Shown here: one piece after another, positions 1 to 15,468 of the stretch
Numbering within the stretch: the first letter of the stretch is position 1
Layout of the letters: every line of letters starts with the position of its first letter
Assembly: GCA_900545505.1 (NCBI GenBank)
Contig: UQZC01000001.1
Span: forward strand, 1 to 38,727
Source: an uncultured Collinsella sp.
GTDB taxonomy: Bacteria > Actinomycetota > Coriobacteriia > Coriobacteriales > Coriobacteriaceae
DNA length: 38,727 bases
Reading direction: 5' to 3'
Program-made: the position numbers and the translations under genes
The notes under the pieces: model-generated
Told to the model about the DNA's origin: nothing
Seen by the model: only the letters and a program-made list of their open reading frames with translations
Databases searched by the model: none

Positions 1-134
1 TTGCCCTGCTGTTGGTCTGCGGCGGCATCATCATCGTTCATTCGAACGACAGAGCCCACACTCATTTTCTATTCAGCCCTAGTCATCGCGCAAAGCCCCT
101 TCGGCAGCACACGGTGCAACCGAGTCACCGCAGA

Positions 135-221
135 CCGGGGCGGGAGGGGCCGAGTTTCCTCCTGAGCGACTCTGCTTGCAGCCGGAGCGAAAGGGGGAAA
201 TCTCGGCCCCTCCCGCCCCGG
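135..221. repeat. Long GC-rich palindrome (REP-like or bidirectional terminator) downstream of carB
   Basis: Perfect 20-bp arms CCGGGGCGGGAGGGGCCGAG (135-154) and CTCGGCCCCTCCCGCCCCGG (202-221), extended by TTTCCTCCT/AGGGGGAAA; two internal GAGCGA motifs. Confidence 0.7.
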
Positions 222-235
222 CCGGACAGGTCACA

Positions 236-3550
<3,315 letters not shown>

Positions 3551-3551
3551 G

Positions 3552-4991
3552 TTAGTTCTCCTCGGTCTCAGCGGTCTCGGACTCAGCAAAGTTCCAGCCG
3601 GCAAGGCGGTCCTTCGCGGTATCGATGTCCAGGTAGTTCTCCTCGCCGTCCATGAGTCGCGTAAAGGCAGTAAAGAGATAGTGGGCATCGGTGGGGCCAG
3701 GCGAGGCCTCGGGGTGGTACTGGACCGAGAAGCACGGAGCGTCGAGCAGCTGGATGCCCTCGGCGGTGCCGTCGTTGAGGTTCACGTGCGTCAGGCGAAT
3801 GCGGCCAAAGCGCTCGTTCATCACGACCGGCGCGATTCCGCGGCGCACCCAGACGCGCAGATCTCCATCGGCCGCATGCTCGGTCTCGCCGCCGGAAAGC
3901 TCGGGGACAAGCTTGCCCAGGCTGGGGAACAGCAGGCCAAAGCCATGGTTTTGTGCGGTGATCTCCACGCGACGGCTTACCAGGTTCATGACCGGCTGGT
4001 TGCCACCGCGGTGACCAAACTTAAGCTTTTCCATCTGGGCGCCGCAGGCCAGGCTGATCATCTGGTGACCAAGACAAATACCAAAGACCGGCACCTTGCC
4101 GATCAGCTGCTGCACCTGCTCGTAGGTCTCCACCACGGCGTCGGGGTCGCCGGGGCCGTTGGACAAAAAGACGCCATCGGGATTCATGTCGAGCACCTGC
4201 TGAGCTGGCGTATCCCACGGCACGACGGTAAGATCGCAGCCGGCGCGCACCAGGCCCTCCAGAATGCCGCGCTTCACACCGCAGTCGTAGGCGACCACTT
4301 TGTGACGGGCAGGAGCGGCAGCCGAAAGCGCAAAGTCATGCGTGGCAGGCAGGTCGGCGGCCACAAACTCGTGAGGCGCGGGGCAGCTTACGGTCTTGAC
4401 CAGGTTCTCGCCTACCAGCGTGGGCGCTGCGGCCAGACGCTCGGCAAGCTCGTCGACGTCGAAGATCTCGGTCGAGATAATGCCCATTTTGGAACCATTG
4501 TCGCGCAGATGGCGCACCAGAGCGCGGGTGTCGACGCCCTCGATAGCGACGATGCCGTGAGCGCGCAGGTACTCCGGCACGCTAACGGCCGAGCGCCAGT
4601 TAGAAGGCGTGGCGCACATGTCGCGAACGATCATGCCGCGCATGGCCGGAGCGCTCGCAGGGCGCACGGCGTCGCCGGGGAAGGCCGACTGGACGTCGGT
4701 CTCGTCGATACCGTAGTTGCCGATCTGCGGATAGGTCATGGTTACGATTTGGCCGGCATAACTCGGGTCGGTCATGACCTCAAAGTAGCCCTCGAGCGAG
4801 GTGTTGAAGCAGACTTCGCCGGTCGCGGTGCCCTCGGCGCCGCATGCACGTCCATAAAAAATGGTCCCATCCTCAAGATACAGGATGCAGGGACCGCAGG
4901 TGCCCTTGCTGGTTTTGGCCAGCATGCGCTGGCAAAGCTCGCTGGGCGCGAAGGTGCGGGCGGCAGCGCCCGCGGTATGGTTGTTCGCCAT
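3552..4991 (-). CDS. carA: Carbamoyl-phosphate synthase small (glutaminase) subunit
   Basis: [32 protein letters not shown] (catalytic Cys), [19 protein letters not shown] before ATG 4991. Confidence 0.97.
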   Translation of the reverse strand: MANNHTAGAAARTFAPSELCQRMLAKTSKGTCGPCILYLEDGTIFYGRACGAEGTATGEVCFNTSLEGYFEVMTDPSYAGQIVTMTYPQIGNYGIDETDVQSAFPGDAVRPASAPAMRGMIVRDMCATPSNWRSAVSVPEYLRAHGIVAIEGVDTRALVRHLRDNGSKMGIISTEIFDVDELAERLAAAPTLVGENLVKTVSCPAPHEFVAADLPATHDFALSAAAPARHKVVAYDCGVKRGILEGLVRAGCDLTVVPWDTPAQQVLDMNPDGVFLSNGPGDPDAVVETYEQVQQLIGKVPVFGICLGHQMISLACGAQMEKLKFGHRGGNQPVMNLVSRRVEITAQNHGFGLLFPSLGKLVPELSGGETEHAADGDLRVWVRRGIAPVVMNERFGRIRLTHVNLNDGTAEGIQLLDAPCFSVQYHPEASPGPTDAHYLFTAFTRLMDGEENYLDIDTAKDRLAGWNFAESETAETEEN

Positions 4992-5155
4992 AATTCTCCT
5001 TCCCGGTCTCACAGGACCGGCTTAAAGGTGTGTAGTTAGGCCTCGCGGTATTGTAACCGCAAGTATGCCTCATGGCGTTAATTTCATCGAAATGTTTACG
5101 AAATGATAATTATGACTTTCTATGCATAATGTTTTTTAATCCCCGTCCCAGAAAA

Positions 5156-5191
5156 ATCATCCCGCGAGGCTTGTGGCTCACGCGGGATGAT
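5156..5191 (-). terminator. Intrinsic terminator after the 5198-6163 gene
   Basis: Stem ATCATCCCGCG / CGCGGGATGAT followed by a T-run on the minus strand. Confidence 0.6.
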
Positions 5192-5197
5192 GACGTC

Positions 5198-6163
5198 TTA
5201 CTTTCTCTTGTCCTGCTCCAGCAAATCGGACGGTGAGCGATCGGGCTTGCCACCGCGGAAAATCTCGCGGCCATGCAGACGATGCTCCAGGTCACGCTCG
5301 GCCTTTTCCTCGTCAATCTTGGTCTGGCTAACCACCGGGTCCTCAATCAACGACGACACCGAGTTCACCTGCTTCTGAATGCGTTCGGCGATGGTGTCAT
5401 CCATACTCACGATGCGCATCTTCCAGTCGATACTCGTGGCGTTGGATGAGCTCTTGGTCCACACGAACGTCAAAATGGCGCTCTGGTGGCCCCGCGCGGG
5501 GAACATGCCAAAGAAGGAATCGTGCTGAATGTTGCTATCCTCGTCGATATAGGCGTGAACGTTATACACCACGCGGTCGATCTTATCGTTGAGCAGCGCG
5601 TTGGTCGCAAGCGCCGCGGCCTGGATCTGCCCGTTGGACAGCAGCTCGAGCTCGTTGGCAGACGATGTGTCCAACACCGTCACCTCGACCGTGCCCGTAC
5701 GCTCATCGGCTTCATCGACGGTAAAGTCGAGCGGGAACTGCGTAAAGCCGTTGCCCCACTCGAGTCCACCCTTGAGTGCTGTAGAAACGGTATCAACCGA
5801 AACGCTCTCGGACAGGTTGGCGGTATTCAGACGGCGCATCACGCCGTAGCCGATCTGCATGCCCACGATCAGCACCAAAATACCGATAACCACGGCCATC
5901 GCGGTCTTCGTAATGGTATGGCTCACCTGCGAGCCCGAAGGATCGTCCTCGGACAGCGGGTCGATATGTTTTGCCTGGCTCGCACGGTCCTCGCTGCGCA
6001 GCTGCGCTAGCGCCGCTTTGTCACCGCGCTTGGCCGCAGCCTCCTTCTCACGCATGCGCTCGGTACGCTTTTTGGCGAGCGTGGGATCCAAGACGCCGGA
6101 TGCATCGATTTCGGAGAATAACTCCGTCACTTCTTCCGGAGTCAAAGGGTTCTTGTCAGCCAT
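5198..6163 (-). CDS. Hypothetical single-pass membrane protein
   Basis: 321-aa ORF with host-like codon usage, RBS AGGAAG, charged N-terminus, one hydrophobic helix (AMAVVIGILVLIVGMQIGYGV) and a soluble C-terminal domain. Confidence 0.8.
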   Translation of the reverse strand: MADKNPLTPEEVTELFSEIDASGVLDPTLAKKRTERMREKEAAAKRGDKAALAQLRSEDRASQAKHIDPLSEDDPSGSQVSHTITKTAMAVVIGILVLIVGMQIGYGVMRRLNTANLSESVSVDTVSTALKGGLEWGNGFTQFPLDFTVDEADERTGTVEVTVLDTSSANELELLSNGQIQAAALATNALLNDKIDRVVYNVHAYIDEDSNIQHDSFFGMFPARGHQSAILTFVWTKSSSNATSIDWKMRIVSMDDTIAERIQKQVNSVSSLIEDPVVSQTKIDEEKAERDLEHRLHGREIFRGGKPDRSPSDLLEQDKRK

Positions 6164-6182
6164 AAACTTCCTGTCATATCAA

Positions 6183-7955
6183 TCAGTCGAGCTCGTGCGC
6201 ACGCGCACCTTCGAACTGCATTCGATAGTAACGGGCATAGGTGCCGCCACGGGCGAGAAGCTCCTCGTGCGTGCCACGCTCCACAACGCGACCATGCTCA
6301 ACGGTCGCAATCTCATCGGCATGCTTAATGGTAGAAAGGCGGTGGGCGATGATAATCGTGGTGCGGCCGCGTGCCAGCTCTTCGAGCGACGCCTGCACCG
6401 CCTCCTCGCTCTCGTTATCCAAAGCACTCGTCGCCTCGTCCAAAATCAGGATCTTGGGGTTCTTAAGAAACACGCGCGCGATGGCAACGCGCTGCTTCTG
6501 TCCGCCCGAAAGACGGCTGCCGCGCTCGCCCACGACCGTGTCATAGCCCTGTGGAAGCGACTCGATAAAGGCATCGATGTTGGCGCGACGGGCCGCCTCG
6601 GCGATCTCTTCCGCCGTAGCGCCCGGCTTGCCGTAGGCGATGTTCTCGCCAATCGTACCGTCAAACAGATAGACATCCTGCTGCACCAGGCCGATGGCGC
6701 GACGCAGGCTCTGCTGCGTCACATCGCGCACGTCCTGACCGTCGATGCTAATGGATCCGGCAGCCACGTCATAAAAGCGCGGCAGCAGCGAACAGGTCGT
6801 GGACTTGCCACCGCCCGAAGGGCCAACCAAAGCGATGGTCTGCCCGGGCTTGATGGACAGGTCCATATGGTCGATAACGGGACGCTCATCGGCATCGCCC
6901 TCGCCCAGCTCAACATCCTCGTAGTTAAAGCACACGTCGTGATACTCCACGACGCCGGCAGTCACCTGCAGATCCGTAGCGCCCGGCTTGTCCTGGATAT
7001 CCGGCGCGGTCGAGAGCACCTCGTCCATACGCTTAAAGCCGGCGATGGCCTTCTGATACGTTTCGGCCGAATTGACGAGCGTCTCGAGCGGCGTGCAGAA
7101 CAGCGAAATATAGAGTGCAAAGGTCGCCATATCGACCGCCTGCAGCTGTCCCTGGGCGACCAGCCAGCCGCCCAGCAGCACCACGATCACATAGAGCACA
7201 CCCGAGAGCAGGCCATACGTCGCGGTATAGACGCCCATGGCGTGATACATGTTCTCCTTGGACGAAAGATAGCGATTGTTTGAGGCGCGGAACTTGAAGC
7301 GTTCGGTCTCCTCATTGGCAAAGCTCTTGACCACACGCATGCCCGCCAGCGAATCCTGCAGCTGCGCATTGATGCCGCTGATCTTCTTGCGGTTGTCGCT
7401 AAAGACCTCGCGCATGCGCATGTTCTGCCAAAACATGATGACCGCAAACGCCGCCGTCACCACGGCCATGGCGAGCGCCAGCACCGGGGCGATGGTAAAG
7501 AGGATCACAAACGAGCCGATAATCTCGATACCGCAGATGATGATCCACTCGGGTACGTGATGCGCCGCCTCGCAGATATCGAACAGGTCGTTGACCACGC
7601 GGCTCATCATGTCGCCCGAGCTGTTGCGGTCGAAGTACGCAAAGCTAAAGCGCTCGTACTGGTCAAACAGGTCCTCGCGCATTTTGGACTCCATGCGCGC
7701 GCCCATCACGTGGCCCCAATAGCTCACAAAGTATCGGCAGGCGCAGCGAACGGCATACATCAGCACCAGCCCCACCGCGATCATACCGAGCGCCTGCATA
7801 ATGGCAGCCTGGCCCTGGGTAAACAGCCCACCGGTCAAATTGCGCAGAATAATAGGAAACGCAAGGTCAATGGCGGCAAGCACCAGAGCGCAAACAGTAT
7901 CAGCAACAAAAAGCCCCATCTGGGGCTTGTAATAAGACAAAAACCTCTTCAGCAT
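6183..7955 (-). CDS. ABC exporter, fused permease and ATP-binding domains (MdlB/MsbA-like)
   Basis: N-terminal TM helices; Walker A GPSGGGKST, signature LSGGQKQR, Walker B ILILDEATSALD, IAHRLST; start MLKRFLSYY after AAGGTG. Confidence 0.95.
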   Translation of the reverse strand: MLKRFLSYYKPQMGLFVADTVCALVLAAIDLAFPIILRNLTGGLFTQGQAAIMQALGMIAVGLVLMYAVRCACRYFVSYWGHVMGARMESKMREDLFDQYERFSFAYFDRNSSGDMMSRVVNDLFDICEAAHHVPEWIIICGIEIIGSFVILFTIAPVLALAMAVVTAAFAVIMFWQNMRMREVFSDNRKKISGINAQLQDSLAGMRVVKSFANEETERFKFRASNNRYLSSKENMYHAMGVYTATYGLLSGVLYVIVVLLGGWLVAQGQLQAVDMATFALYISLFCTPLETLVNSAETYQKAIAGFKRMDEVLSTAPDIQDKPGATDLQVTAGVVEYHDVCFNYEDVELGEGDADERPVIDHMDLSIKPGQTIALVGPSGGGKSTTCSLLPRFYDVAAGSISIDGQDVRDVTQQSLRRAIGLVQQDVYLFDGTIGENIAYGKPGATAEEIAEAARRANIDAFIESLPQGYDTVVGERGSRLSGGQKQRVAIARVFLKNPKILILDEATSALDNESEEAVQASLEELARGRTTIIIAHRLSTIKHADEIATVEHGRVVERGTHEELLARGGTYARYYRMQFEGARAHELD

Positions 7956-8139
7956 AATCACCTTACGCGGTTTTACCAAACCGCGTTTCGTCTCGACGCT
8001 GCAAGTGCTCCATTTGGACAATCTGGCCTTCAATCGTCGGTCGCGTATATCCATACGCTTCCCTCCTCTTTTAGGCCACCTTGTCTCAAATGGAGCACTT
8101 TCGCTGACTTACACAAACCTGCGGGATCATCCCCGCTCG

Positions 8140-8835
8140 TTAAAGCTCGGCCCCGCCTAGTCGGTGCGCGATGCTGTCGCAGGCAAGCGCGCCTACGACG
8201 GTCTTGGCGTCTTCGATCTTGCCGTCGAGCACGGCGTCGATCAGCTCGTGCAGCGGCACCAGGTCCACGTTGACAAACTCGTCATCATCGGGGTTGGGCG
8301 CATCAAACTCGAGCTTGGTAGCCAAGTAGATGTGGATGATCTCATCGCAAAAACCGCAGGACGTGACAATCGACGTCAAAAAGCGAATACGACCAGCCTT
8401 AAAGCCCGTCTCCTCATGCAGTTCGCGCTTGGCGCAATCGAGCGGGTCCTCGCCCGGGTCGAGCTTGCCGGCAGGAATCTCGACCGTCACGCGGTCGATG
8501 GCGGTGCGGTACTGACGCACCAGTACGATCTTGCCGCTCTCGGTCAGTGCCACAACGGCCGCCGCACCCGGATGGCGAACGATATCGCGGGCGCTGCGGT
8601 GACCGTTGGGCAGCTCAACCTCAAGACGGTGGACGTCGAGAATCTTGCCCTTCCAGGCGCACTCCTCCGAAAGAATCTTCTCGTGCAGCTCGGCATCGTG
8701 CGGGTCGTCGTCGCCCAGCACCAGTGCCGGCTCGTCAGCGACCTCGCCACCAGGCTCGCCCTCGGCGTGCCCATACATGCGGCTGTCCTCTTCGACGATC
8801 TGCGCGTCCACGAGCTCTTCGTTCTTCTCGTCCAT
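8140..8835 (-). CDS. Nudix hydrolase, ADP-ribose pyrophosphatase (NudF-like)
   Basis: Nudix box GKLDPGEDPLDCAKRELHEETG, LVRQYR, IEDAKT; start may be 8844 or 8835. Confidence 0.9.
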   Translation of the reverse strand: MDEKNEELVDAQIVEEDSRMYGHAEGEPGGEVADEPALVLGDDDPHDAELHEKILSEECAWKGKILDVHRLEVELPNGHRSARDIVRHPGAAAVVALTESGKIVLVRQYRTAIDRVTVEIPAGKLDPGEDPLDCAKRELHEETGFKAGRIRFLTSIVTSCGFCDEIIHIYLATKLEFDAPNPDDDEFVNVDLVPLHELIDAVLDGKIEDAKTVVGALACDSIAHRLGGAEL

Positions 8836-8856
8836 CCGTCTCATTCCTCTCGGATT

Positions 8857-10161
8857 TTAGGCATCCCAGGCGTCGCGGCCGCGCAGCGCGCGCAGGCCGA
8901 TGTCGTGACGCAGGGTCTTGCCCTCAAAATCAATCTTCTCGCAGGCCTCGTAGGCAAGGTTGCGAGCGTTCTCGAACGTGTCGCCCAGAGCGGTCACGGC
9001 AAGCACGCGGCCACCATTGGTCACGAGCTGGCCGTCCACCACGGCGGTGCCCGCGTGGTACACGGTCACGTTCTCCATGGCCTCGGCATCGGCGATACCG
9101 GTGATGACCTTGCCCTTCTCGTAGCTGCCGGGATAGCCCGCGCTCGTCAGGACAACGGCCACGGCCCACTCGTCACGCCAGTCGAGCTCAATCTGATCGA
9201 GCTCGCGGTTGGCACAAGCCAGCATGACCTCGACCAGGTCGTTCTTAAGGCGCGGCAGCACGACCTGCGTCTCGGGGTCGCCAAAGCGGGCATTGAACTC
9301 CAGCACCTTGGGGCCGGCAGGCGTGAGCATAAAGCCGCCGTACAGGCAGCCGCGGTAGTCGATACCCTCGACAGCGAGCTCGGCCACGGTCTGCTCCATG
9401 ACCTTCACCATCGTGGCGTGCTCCTCGTCAGTCACGATGGGCACCGGGCTGTAGACGCCCATGCCACCGGTGTTGGGGCCCTTGTCGCCCTCGAGCGCGC
9501 GCTTGTGGTCCTGCGAGGTGGCCATGGGGCGAACGGTCTTGCCGTCGGTAAAGGCCAGCAGCGAGCACTCGGGGCCAACGAGCATCTCCTCGATAACCAC
9601 GGTGTTGCCGGCATCGCCAAAGGTGCCGCCAAAACACTCGCGCACGGCCTCCTCGGCCTGCGCAAGCTCGGTTGCCACGATAACGCCCTTGCCCGCGGCA
9701 AGGCCGTCGGCCTTGACGACCAGCGGGGCGCCCTGCTCGCGCACGTAGGCAAGAGCCGAAGCCTCGTCGGTAAACGAGCCGTAGGCCGCCGTAGGGATAC
9801 CGGCGCGCTCCATGAGCTGCTTGGAGAACAGCTTGGAGCCCTCCATCTGGGCGCCCTCGGCACCCGGGCCAAAGCAGGGAATACCCGCCGCGCGCACGGC
9901 GTCGGCCACGCCCGCCACGAGCGGAGCCTCGGGGCCAATTACCACAAGTCCGCATCCGTGGCTCTGCGCAAACGCCGCCACGGCCGCAGGATCGCAGTCG
10001 TCGAGAACAACGTTCTCGCCGCAGCTCGCGGTGCCGCCGTTGCCCGGCGCAATGTAGAGCTTGCCGGCGCGCGGTGATGCTGCGAGCTTGGCTGCCAAAG
10101 CATGCTCACGGCCGCCGCTGCCCAACAACAGGATGTCGATGGTTTGAGTGTCCGCCTTCAA
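8857..10161 (-). CDS. purD: Phosphoribosylamine--glycine ligase
   Basis: [47 protein letters not shown] start 10161 after GAGGAGG. Confidence 0.97.
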   Translation of the reverse strand: MKADTQTIDILLLGSGGREHALAAKLAASPRAGKLYIAPGNGGTASCGENVVLDDCDPAAVAAFAQSHGCGLVVIGPEAPLVAGVADAVRAAGIPCFGPGAEGAQMEGSKLFSKQLMERAGIPTAAYGSFTDEASALAYVREQGAPLVVKADGLAAGKGVIVATELAQAEEAVRECFGGTFGDAGNTVVIEEMLVGPECSLLAFTDGKTVRPMATSQDHKRALEGDKGPNTGGMGVYSPVPIVTDEEHATMVKVMEQTVAELAVEGIDYRGCLYGGFMLTPAGPKVLEFNARFGDPETQVVLPRLKNDLVEVMLACANRELDQIELDWRDEWAVAVVLTSAGYPGSYEKGKVITGIADAEAMENVTVYHAGTAVVDGQLVTNGGRVLAVTALGDTFENARNLAYEACEKIDFEGKTLRHDIGLRALRGRDAWDA

Positions 10162-10279
10162 GGGTGCCTCCTCTATGGATGAACGGCCCGCTCCGCGCGA
10201 GCCCTTTGCAAGCAAATATACCCCTCGGCCGCCCGTCCGGGCTGCAAAGGGGTATATCGCAATAACCAAATAGTCCCGA

Positions 10280-11575
<1,296 letters not shown>

Positions 11576-11659
11576 TTACATTCATGGACTGTCTACGCGC
11601 CACGCCGGCACGCAGAAGCACAAAACATTCCCAGTATACCCGTGCAACGGGCGCCTGTC

Positions 11660-13051
11660 CTACTCCTCGGCATGTGCCCCATCAAGCTCATAGAACTTGG
11701 TGGATGCCGGCAGGAACATCAGATCGACGTCGCCGATCGGGCCCGAACGGTTCTTGGCCACGACGATACGCGTAACGCCCTCGTCGGGTCGATCGTCGCG
11801 CGAGGCCTCGGCCTCGTCGGCGGAGCGGTCCAAGAACATAACGATATCGGCGTCCTGCTCGATGGAGCCCGATTCACGAAGGTCGGAAAGCTGCGGGCGC
11901 TTGCCGGTACGGGATTCGACCTGACGCGAGAGCTGCGACAGCGCGATGAGCGGGATCTTGAGCTCCTTGGCCATGATCTTCAGACCACGCGACATCTCCG
12001 AAACCTCGACGGTACGGCTCTCGGAGCGGCGTCCCGGCGGAGGACTCACCAGCTGCAGGTAGTCCAGGATGATGATTGCCTTCTCCTTGTTATGGAGCAT
12101 GCGGCGGCTCTTGGCGCGAATCTCGGTCACTGTGGTGCCGGGCGTATCGTCAATCAGAATATCGAGCTTGGACAAGGTCTGCGTGGCCTCGTTGATATTG
12201 GCCCACTGCTCGGGGCTAATGCGGCCCATGCGGAAGTCACTGATCGAGATCATGGCGTAGGCGCAAATCAGACGCTGGGCAATTTCTTTGCCCGACATCT
12301 CCAGCGAGAAGAAGCCGACGGTATAACCGGCAGCGGCAGCGTTGAGCGCCAGATTCAGGGCGAACGACGTCTTACCCACAGCAGGGCGGGCGCCGATAAT
12401 GATGAGCTGGCCCTCGCGGAAGCCCATGAGCATGCGGTCGAGTGACGGGAAGCCCGTGGGCACGCCCGCAGCCTGACCACCGGCCTGACACACTTCCTCG
12501 GCCTCGTTATAGGCCTCAACCATAAACTCGGTCAGCGTCTTGTAGCTCGACTTGACCTCGCGTGCCGTGACCTTGAGCAGCTTGCTCTCGGCTAGCTCCA
12601 CGACCTCTTTGGTGTCGGTGGGGGCGTTATATGCCAGCGCGTTGATCTCGTTGGTGGCGCCGATCAGCTCGCGCAGCATCGAATCGCGACGAACGATGGC
12701 GGCATGGTGCTGCCAGTTCACGAGCGACAGAGTCTGACCCATCAGCTCCAAAATGTAGGCCTCGCCGCCCACGGCATCGAGCTTGTTGATGCTTCGCAGG
12801 TAATCGATCAGCGAGATGGAGTCGATGGGAATGCGGCTGTTGTACATATCGACCATCGCGGTGTAGATGGTCTTATGAATGGGCCGGTAGAAATCATCGG
12901 GCTGCAGCTCGACCTGGGCCTCTTCGACCACCTCGGGCGATAGCAGCATAGCGGCCAGTACATTGGCCTCTGCATCTTGGTTTTGGGGAAGACCCAACTT
13001 TGAGCCGCGGTCCTCGACCGTCAGCCCCGTCTCCCTATCGTCATATGCCAT
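11660..13051 (-). CDS. dnaB: Replicative DNA helicase
   Basis: Walker A GARPAVGKT, FFSLEMS, IILDYLQL, LSQLSR, SDLRESGSIEQDAD, KNRSGP; no intein; start uncertain (13051-13063). Confidence 0.97.
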   Translation of the reverse strand: MAYDDRETGLTVEDRGSKLGLPQNQDAEANVLAAMLLSPEVVEEAQVELQPDDFYRPIHKTIYTAMVDMYNSRIPIDSISLIDYLRSINKLDAVGGEAYILELMGQTLSLVNWQHHAAIVRRDSMLRELIGATNEINALAYNAPTDTKEVVELAESKLLKVTAREVKSSYKTLTEFMVEAYNEAEEVCQAGGQAAGVPTGFPSLDRMLMGFREGQLIIIGARPAVGKTSFALNLALNAAAAGYTVGFFSLEMSGKEIAQRLICAYAMISISDFRMGRISPEQWANINEATQTLSKLDILIDDTPGTTVTEIRAKSRRMLHNKEKAIIILDYLQLVSPPPGRRSESRTVEVSEMSRGLKIMAKELKIPLIALSQLSRQVESRTGKRPQLSDLRESGSIEQDADIVMFLDRSADEAEASRDDRPDEGVTRIVVAKNRSGPIGDVDLMFLPASTKFYELDGAHAEE

Positions 13052-13204
13052 GAGCATCCTCATTCATATCGCTTGCGAGCATCCATAGTATCAGCCACGG
13101 TCCCAAAACGCGCCGCGCGCCGCCAATCATCACCGAACCAAACGGATGAACGGTCCTGTATATAGGACTTCGACGCAACGTTCACCATGACACTCACTCA
13201 GCGC

Positions 13205-13243
13205 AAAAAACAAAAGGGCGCCCTGGTTTCCCAGAGCGCCCTT
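13205..13243 (-). terminator. Intrinsic terminator of the rpsF-ssb-rpsR-rplI operon
   Basis: AAGGGCGC..GCGCCCTT stem with T-tract on the minus strand. Confidence 0.75.
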
Positions 13244-13275
13244 CTTAGAACAAGATTGTTGCGTTGCAGCAAATG

Positions 13276-13815
13276 CTACTCGGCAGCAGCCTCAGTCTCG
13301 ACCTCGGCGGTCTCGGCCTCGGCGACCTCAGCGGCCTCCTCGACCTCAGCCTCGGCAGCGAGCTCCTCGGCGGTAACGCCGACGAGAACGACAACCTCGG
13401 CCTTGATCTCGCGGTACAGCGAGATGGCAACGGTGTGGGCACCGGCAACCTTGATGGGCTTACCGAGCTCGACGCGCTTGCGGTCGATGTCCATACCGAG
13501 CTGAGCCTTGATGGCGTCAGCGACCATAGCGGCGGTAACGGAGCCAAAGAGGATGCCCTCGTCGCCGACCTTGACGTCAACGGTGACCGTCTTGCCCTCG
13601 AAGGCAGCCTTGGTCTCGTTGGCGGTAGCCAGACGGACGGCCTCGCGCTTGGCGATGTTGTTGCGACGCTCGTCAAGCTGCTTGAGGTTGCCCTTGGTGG
13701 CGGCAACAGCGAGCTTCTTGGGGAACAGGAAGTTCTCAGCGTAACCCTGAGCGACCTCTACGACGTCACCCTCGCCGCCCTTGCCCTTGATCTCATCGAG
13801 AAGAATAACCTTCAT
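13276..13815 (-). CDS. rplI: 50S ribosomal protein L9
   Basis: MKVILLDEIKGKGGEGDVVEVAQGYAENFLFP, LFGSVT; acidic Ala/Glu tail. Confidence 0.97.
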   Translation of the reverse strand: MKVILLDEIKGKGGEGDVVEVAQGYAENFLFPKKLAVAATKGNLKQLDERRNNIAKREAVRLATANETKAAFEGKTVTVDVKVGDEGILFGSVTAAMVADAIKAQLGMDIDRKRVELGKPIKVAGAHTVAISLYREIKAEVVVLVGVTAEELAAEAEVEEAAEVAEAETAEVETEAAAE

Positions 13816-13830
13816 GATGCGTCTCCCTTC

Positions 13831-14097
13831 TTAGCCGCGGTCGCGGTTGCCACGAGAGGAAACCACGGGGACGGTGTACGGCAGGAGAGCCATCTCGCGG
13901 GCGCGCTTGATGGCGTTGGCGATGTCATGCTGATGCTGCGTGCAAGCGCCAGTGACGCGACGGGGCTTGATCTTGCCACGGTCGGTCATGTACTTACGGA
14001 GAAGCTGAGTGTCCTTATAGTCGATGAACTCAGTGTTCTCCTTGCAGAACTGGCAGTACTTACGACGCGGCTGACGTGCAGAAAAATCATTAGCCAT
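13831..14097 (-). CDS. rpsR: 30S ribosomal protein S18 (zinc-binding C+ form)
   Basis: [38 protein letters not shown]. Confidence 0.97.
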   Translation of the reverse strand: MANDFSARQPRRKYCQFCKENTEFIDYKDTQLLRKYMTDRGKIKPRRVTGACTQHQHDIANAIKRAREMALLPYTVPVVSSRGNRDRG

Positions 14098-14169
14098 GTC
14101 AAAATACCTTTCATTTGGCAACTTCGGCGAACCGAAGCCGCCTCTCACTCAAAAATAGGTGAACAACCC

Positions 14170-14622
14170 TTAGAACGGGATGTCCTCATCGTAGACGTCG
14201 ACCGCGGGCGGCGTAGCCACCGGCGCGGCAGGACGTGCTGCGGGCGCGGGAGCTGCGGGGGCGTAACCGCCCTGATCGTAGCCACCCTGGCCACCACGGG
14301 AGCTCATAAACTCGATCTCATCGACGATGACCTCAAGCTTGCTCCGGCGCTGGCCGTCGCGCTCCCAAGAGCTGTAGCGCAGCTTGCCCTCGATCGCGAC
14401 CTTGTTTCCCTTTGCCAGGAAACGGCTCACGGCCTCGGCGCGGGTGCCGAACATGGTGCAGTCGACAAAGTTGGGATAGTCCTCCCACTCGCCAGTCTGC
14501 GCGTTGCGGCGACGATCGTTCACGGCAACGCCAAAGGACAGAACCTGGGTTCCGCCGGCGGTGGCGCGCAGCTCGGGATCGCGGGTGAGGTTACCGGTGA
14601 TGTTCACTCGATTGATGCTCAT
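14170..14622 (-). CDS. ssb: Single-stranded DNA-binding protein
   Basis: INRVNITGNLTRDPELR; C-terminal DEDIPF. Confidence 0.97.
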   Translation of the reverse strand: MSINRVNITGNLTRDPELRATAGGTQVLSFGVAVNDRRRNAQTGEWEDYPNFVDCTMFGTRAEAVSRFLAKGNKVAIEGKLRYSSWERDGQRRSKLEVIVDEIEFMSSRGGQGGYDQGGYAPAAPAPAARPAAPVATPPAVDVYDEDIPF

Positions 14623-14670
14623 AACTCACTACTTCCTCTTGGGGCACAAGCCCAGTCCAAAACGACAGTC

Positions 14671-14964
14671 TTACTCCTGGTCGTCGCGACGGACGATCAT
14701 GTGGCGGACCACAGCGTCGGTGATGCGCAGGACGCGATCAAGCTCGGCGATCTGGGTAGGATCTGCGTGGAAGTTGATGAGGGTGTAGTCACCATCGGTG
14801 AGGTCGTTGATCTCGTAGGCGAGCTTGCGCTTGCCCCACTCGTCAACGGAGTCGACCTTGCCAGCGCCCTCAGCGATCGTGGTATCGATACGCTTCATAA
14901 CAGCGAGACGAGTCTCGGGGTCGAGCGACGGGTCAACAAAGAACAGCAGTTCATAAGCCTTCAT
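14671..14964 (-). CDS. rpsF: 30S ribosomal protein S6
   Basis: MKAYELLF, EWGKRKLAYEI, VVRHMIVR; RBS GGAGGTG. Confidence 0.97.
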   Translation of the reverse strand: MKAYELLFFVDPSLDPETRLAVMKRIDTTIAEGAGKVDSVDEWGKRKLAYEINDLTDGDYTLINFHADPTQIAELDRVLRITDAVVRHMIVRRDDQE

Positions 14965-15030
14965 ATTGTCACCTCCTCTGGGCAAATGTGGCTTCAGGTC
15001 GTGAAGGTGCGCCTGAAGCAGGAAAAGACT
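14965..15030 (-). promoter_or_regulatory. Probable S6:S18 ribosomal leader
   Basis: Minus strand UUCCUGCUUCAGG-loop-CCUGAAGC...GCCC AGAGGAGGUGA: hairpin and C-rich bulge next to the rpsF RBS, the known position of this motif. Confidence 0.6.
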
Positions 15031-15424
15031 TGGTAATAATATCTTTCAACCTCCTAGGCTGCAAGAATATGCAGCTACAACCTCATGACCTCCACATATG
15101 CCCATACTCGCACGACGTTTCATGCGCATTCCAACCAAATGCTGACCAAAAGCTTGACGGATCTGTGGACAAGATACGGTGCCGTGAGGACAAGCTGAGC
15201 CAAGTCGCAGGTCAACGGGCGCATGGTTGTGGTCGCAAAATGCATACCAGTGGCCCACAGCACCACCCAAAGATTTTTAAATTCATTGCCAAATCGCTTA
15301 TAAATACCCCTTTTGAACAATTGAGTTGATCAACTACGCTGGTCGGAAGCCGTTTTTTGGCATCTCAAACCCCGCTGCAACGCCAAACGCGGCCAAGCGT
15401 TTTAAAAAATGCCAACTTTTCTGT

Positions 15425-15452
15425 TTGCACTTTGCGATTCCTCGTGTATACT
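15425..15452 (+). promoter_or_regulatory. Sigma70-type promoter for the tRNA-Ser pair
   Basis: TTGCAC-N16-TATACT, 16 nt upstream of the tRNA 5' end. Confidence 0.6.
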
Positions 15453-15468
15453 GACTTTCGCATTTAAC

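Noticed and set aside
15035..15400. Short ORFs between rpsF and tRNA-Ser
   Set aside because: No RBS, motifs or host-like codon pattern; left unassigned
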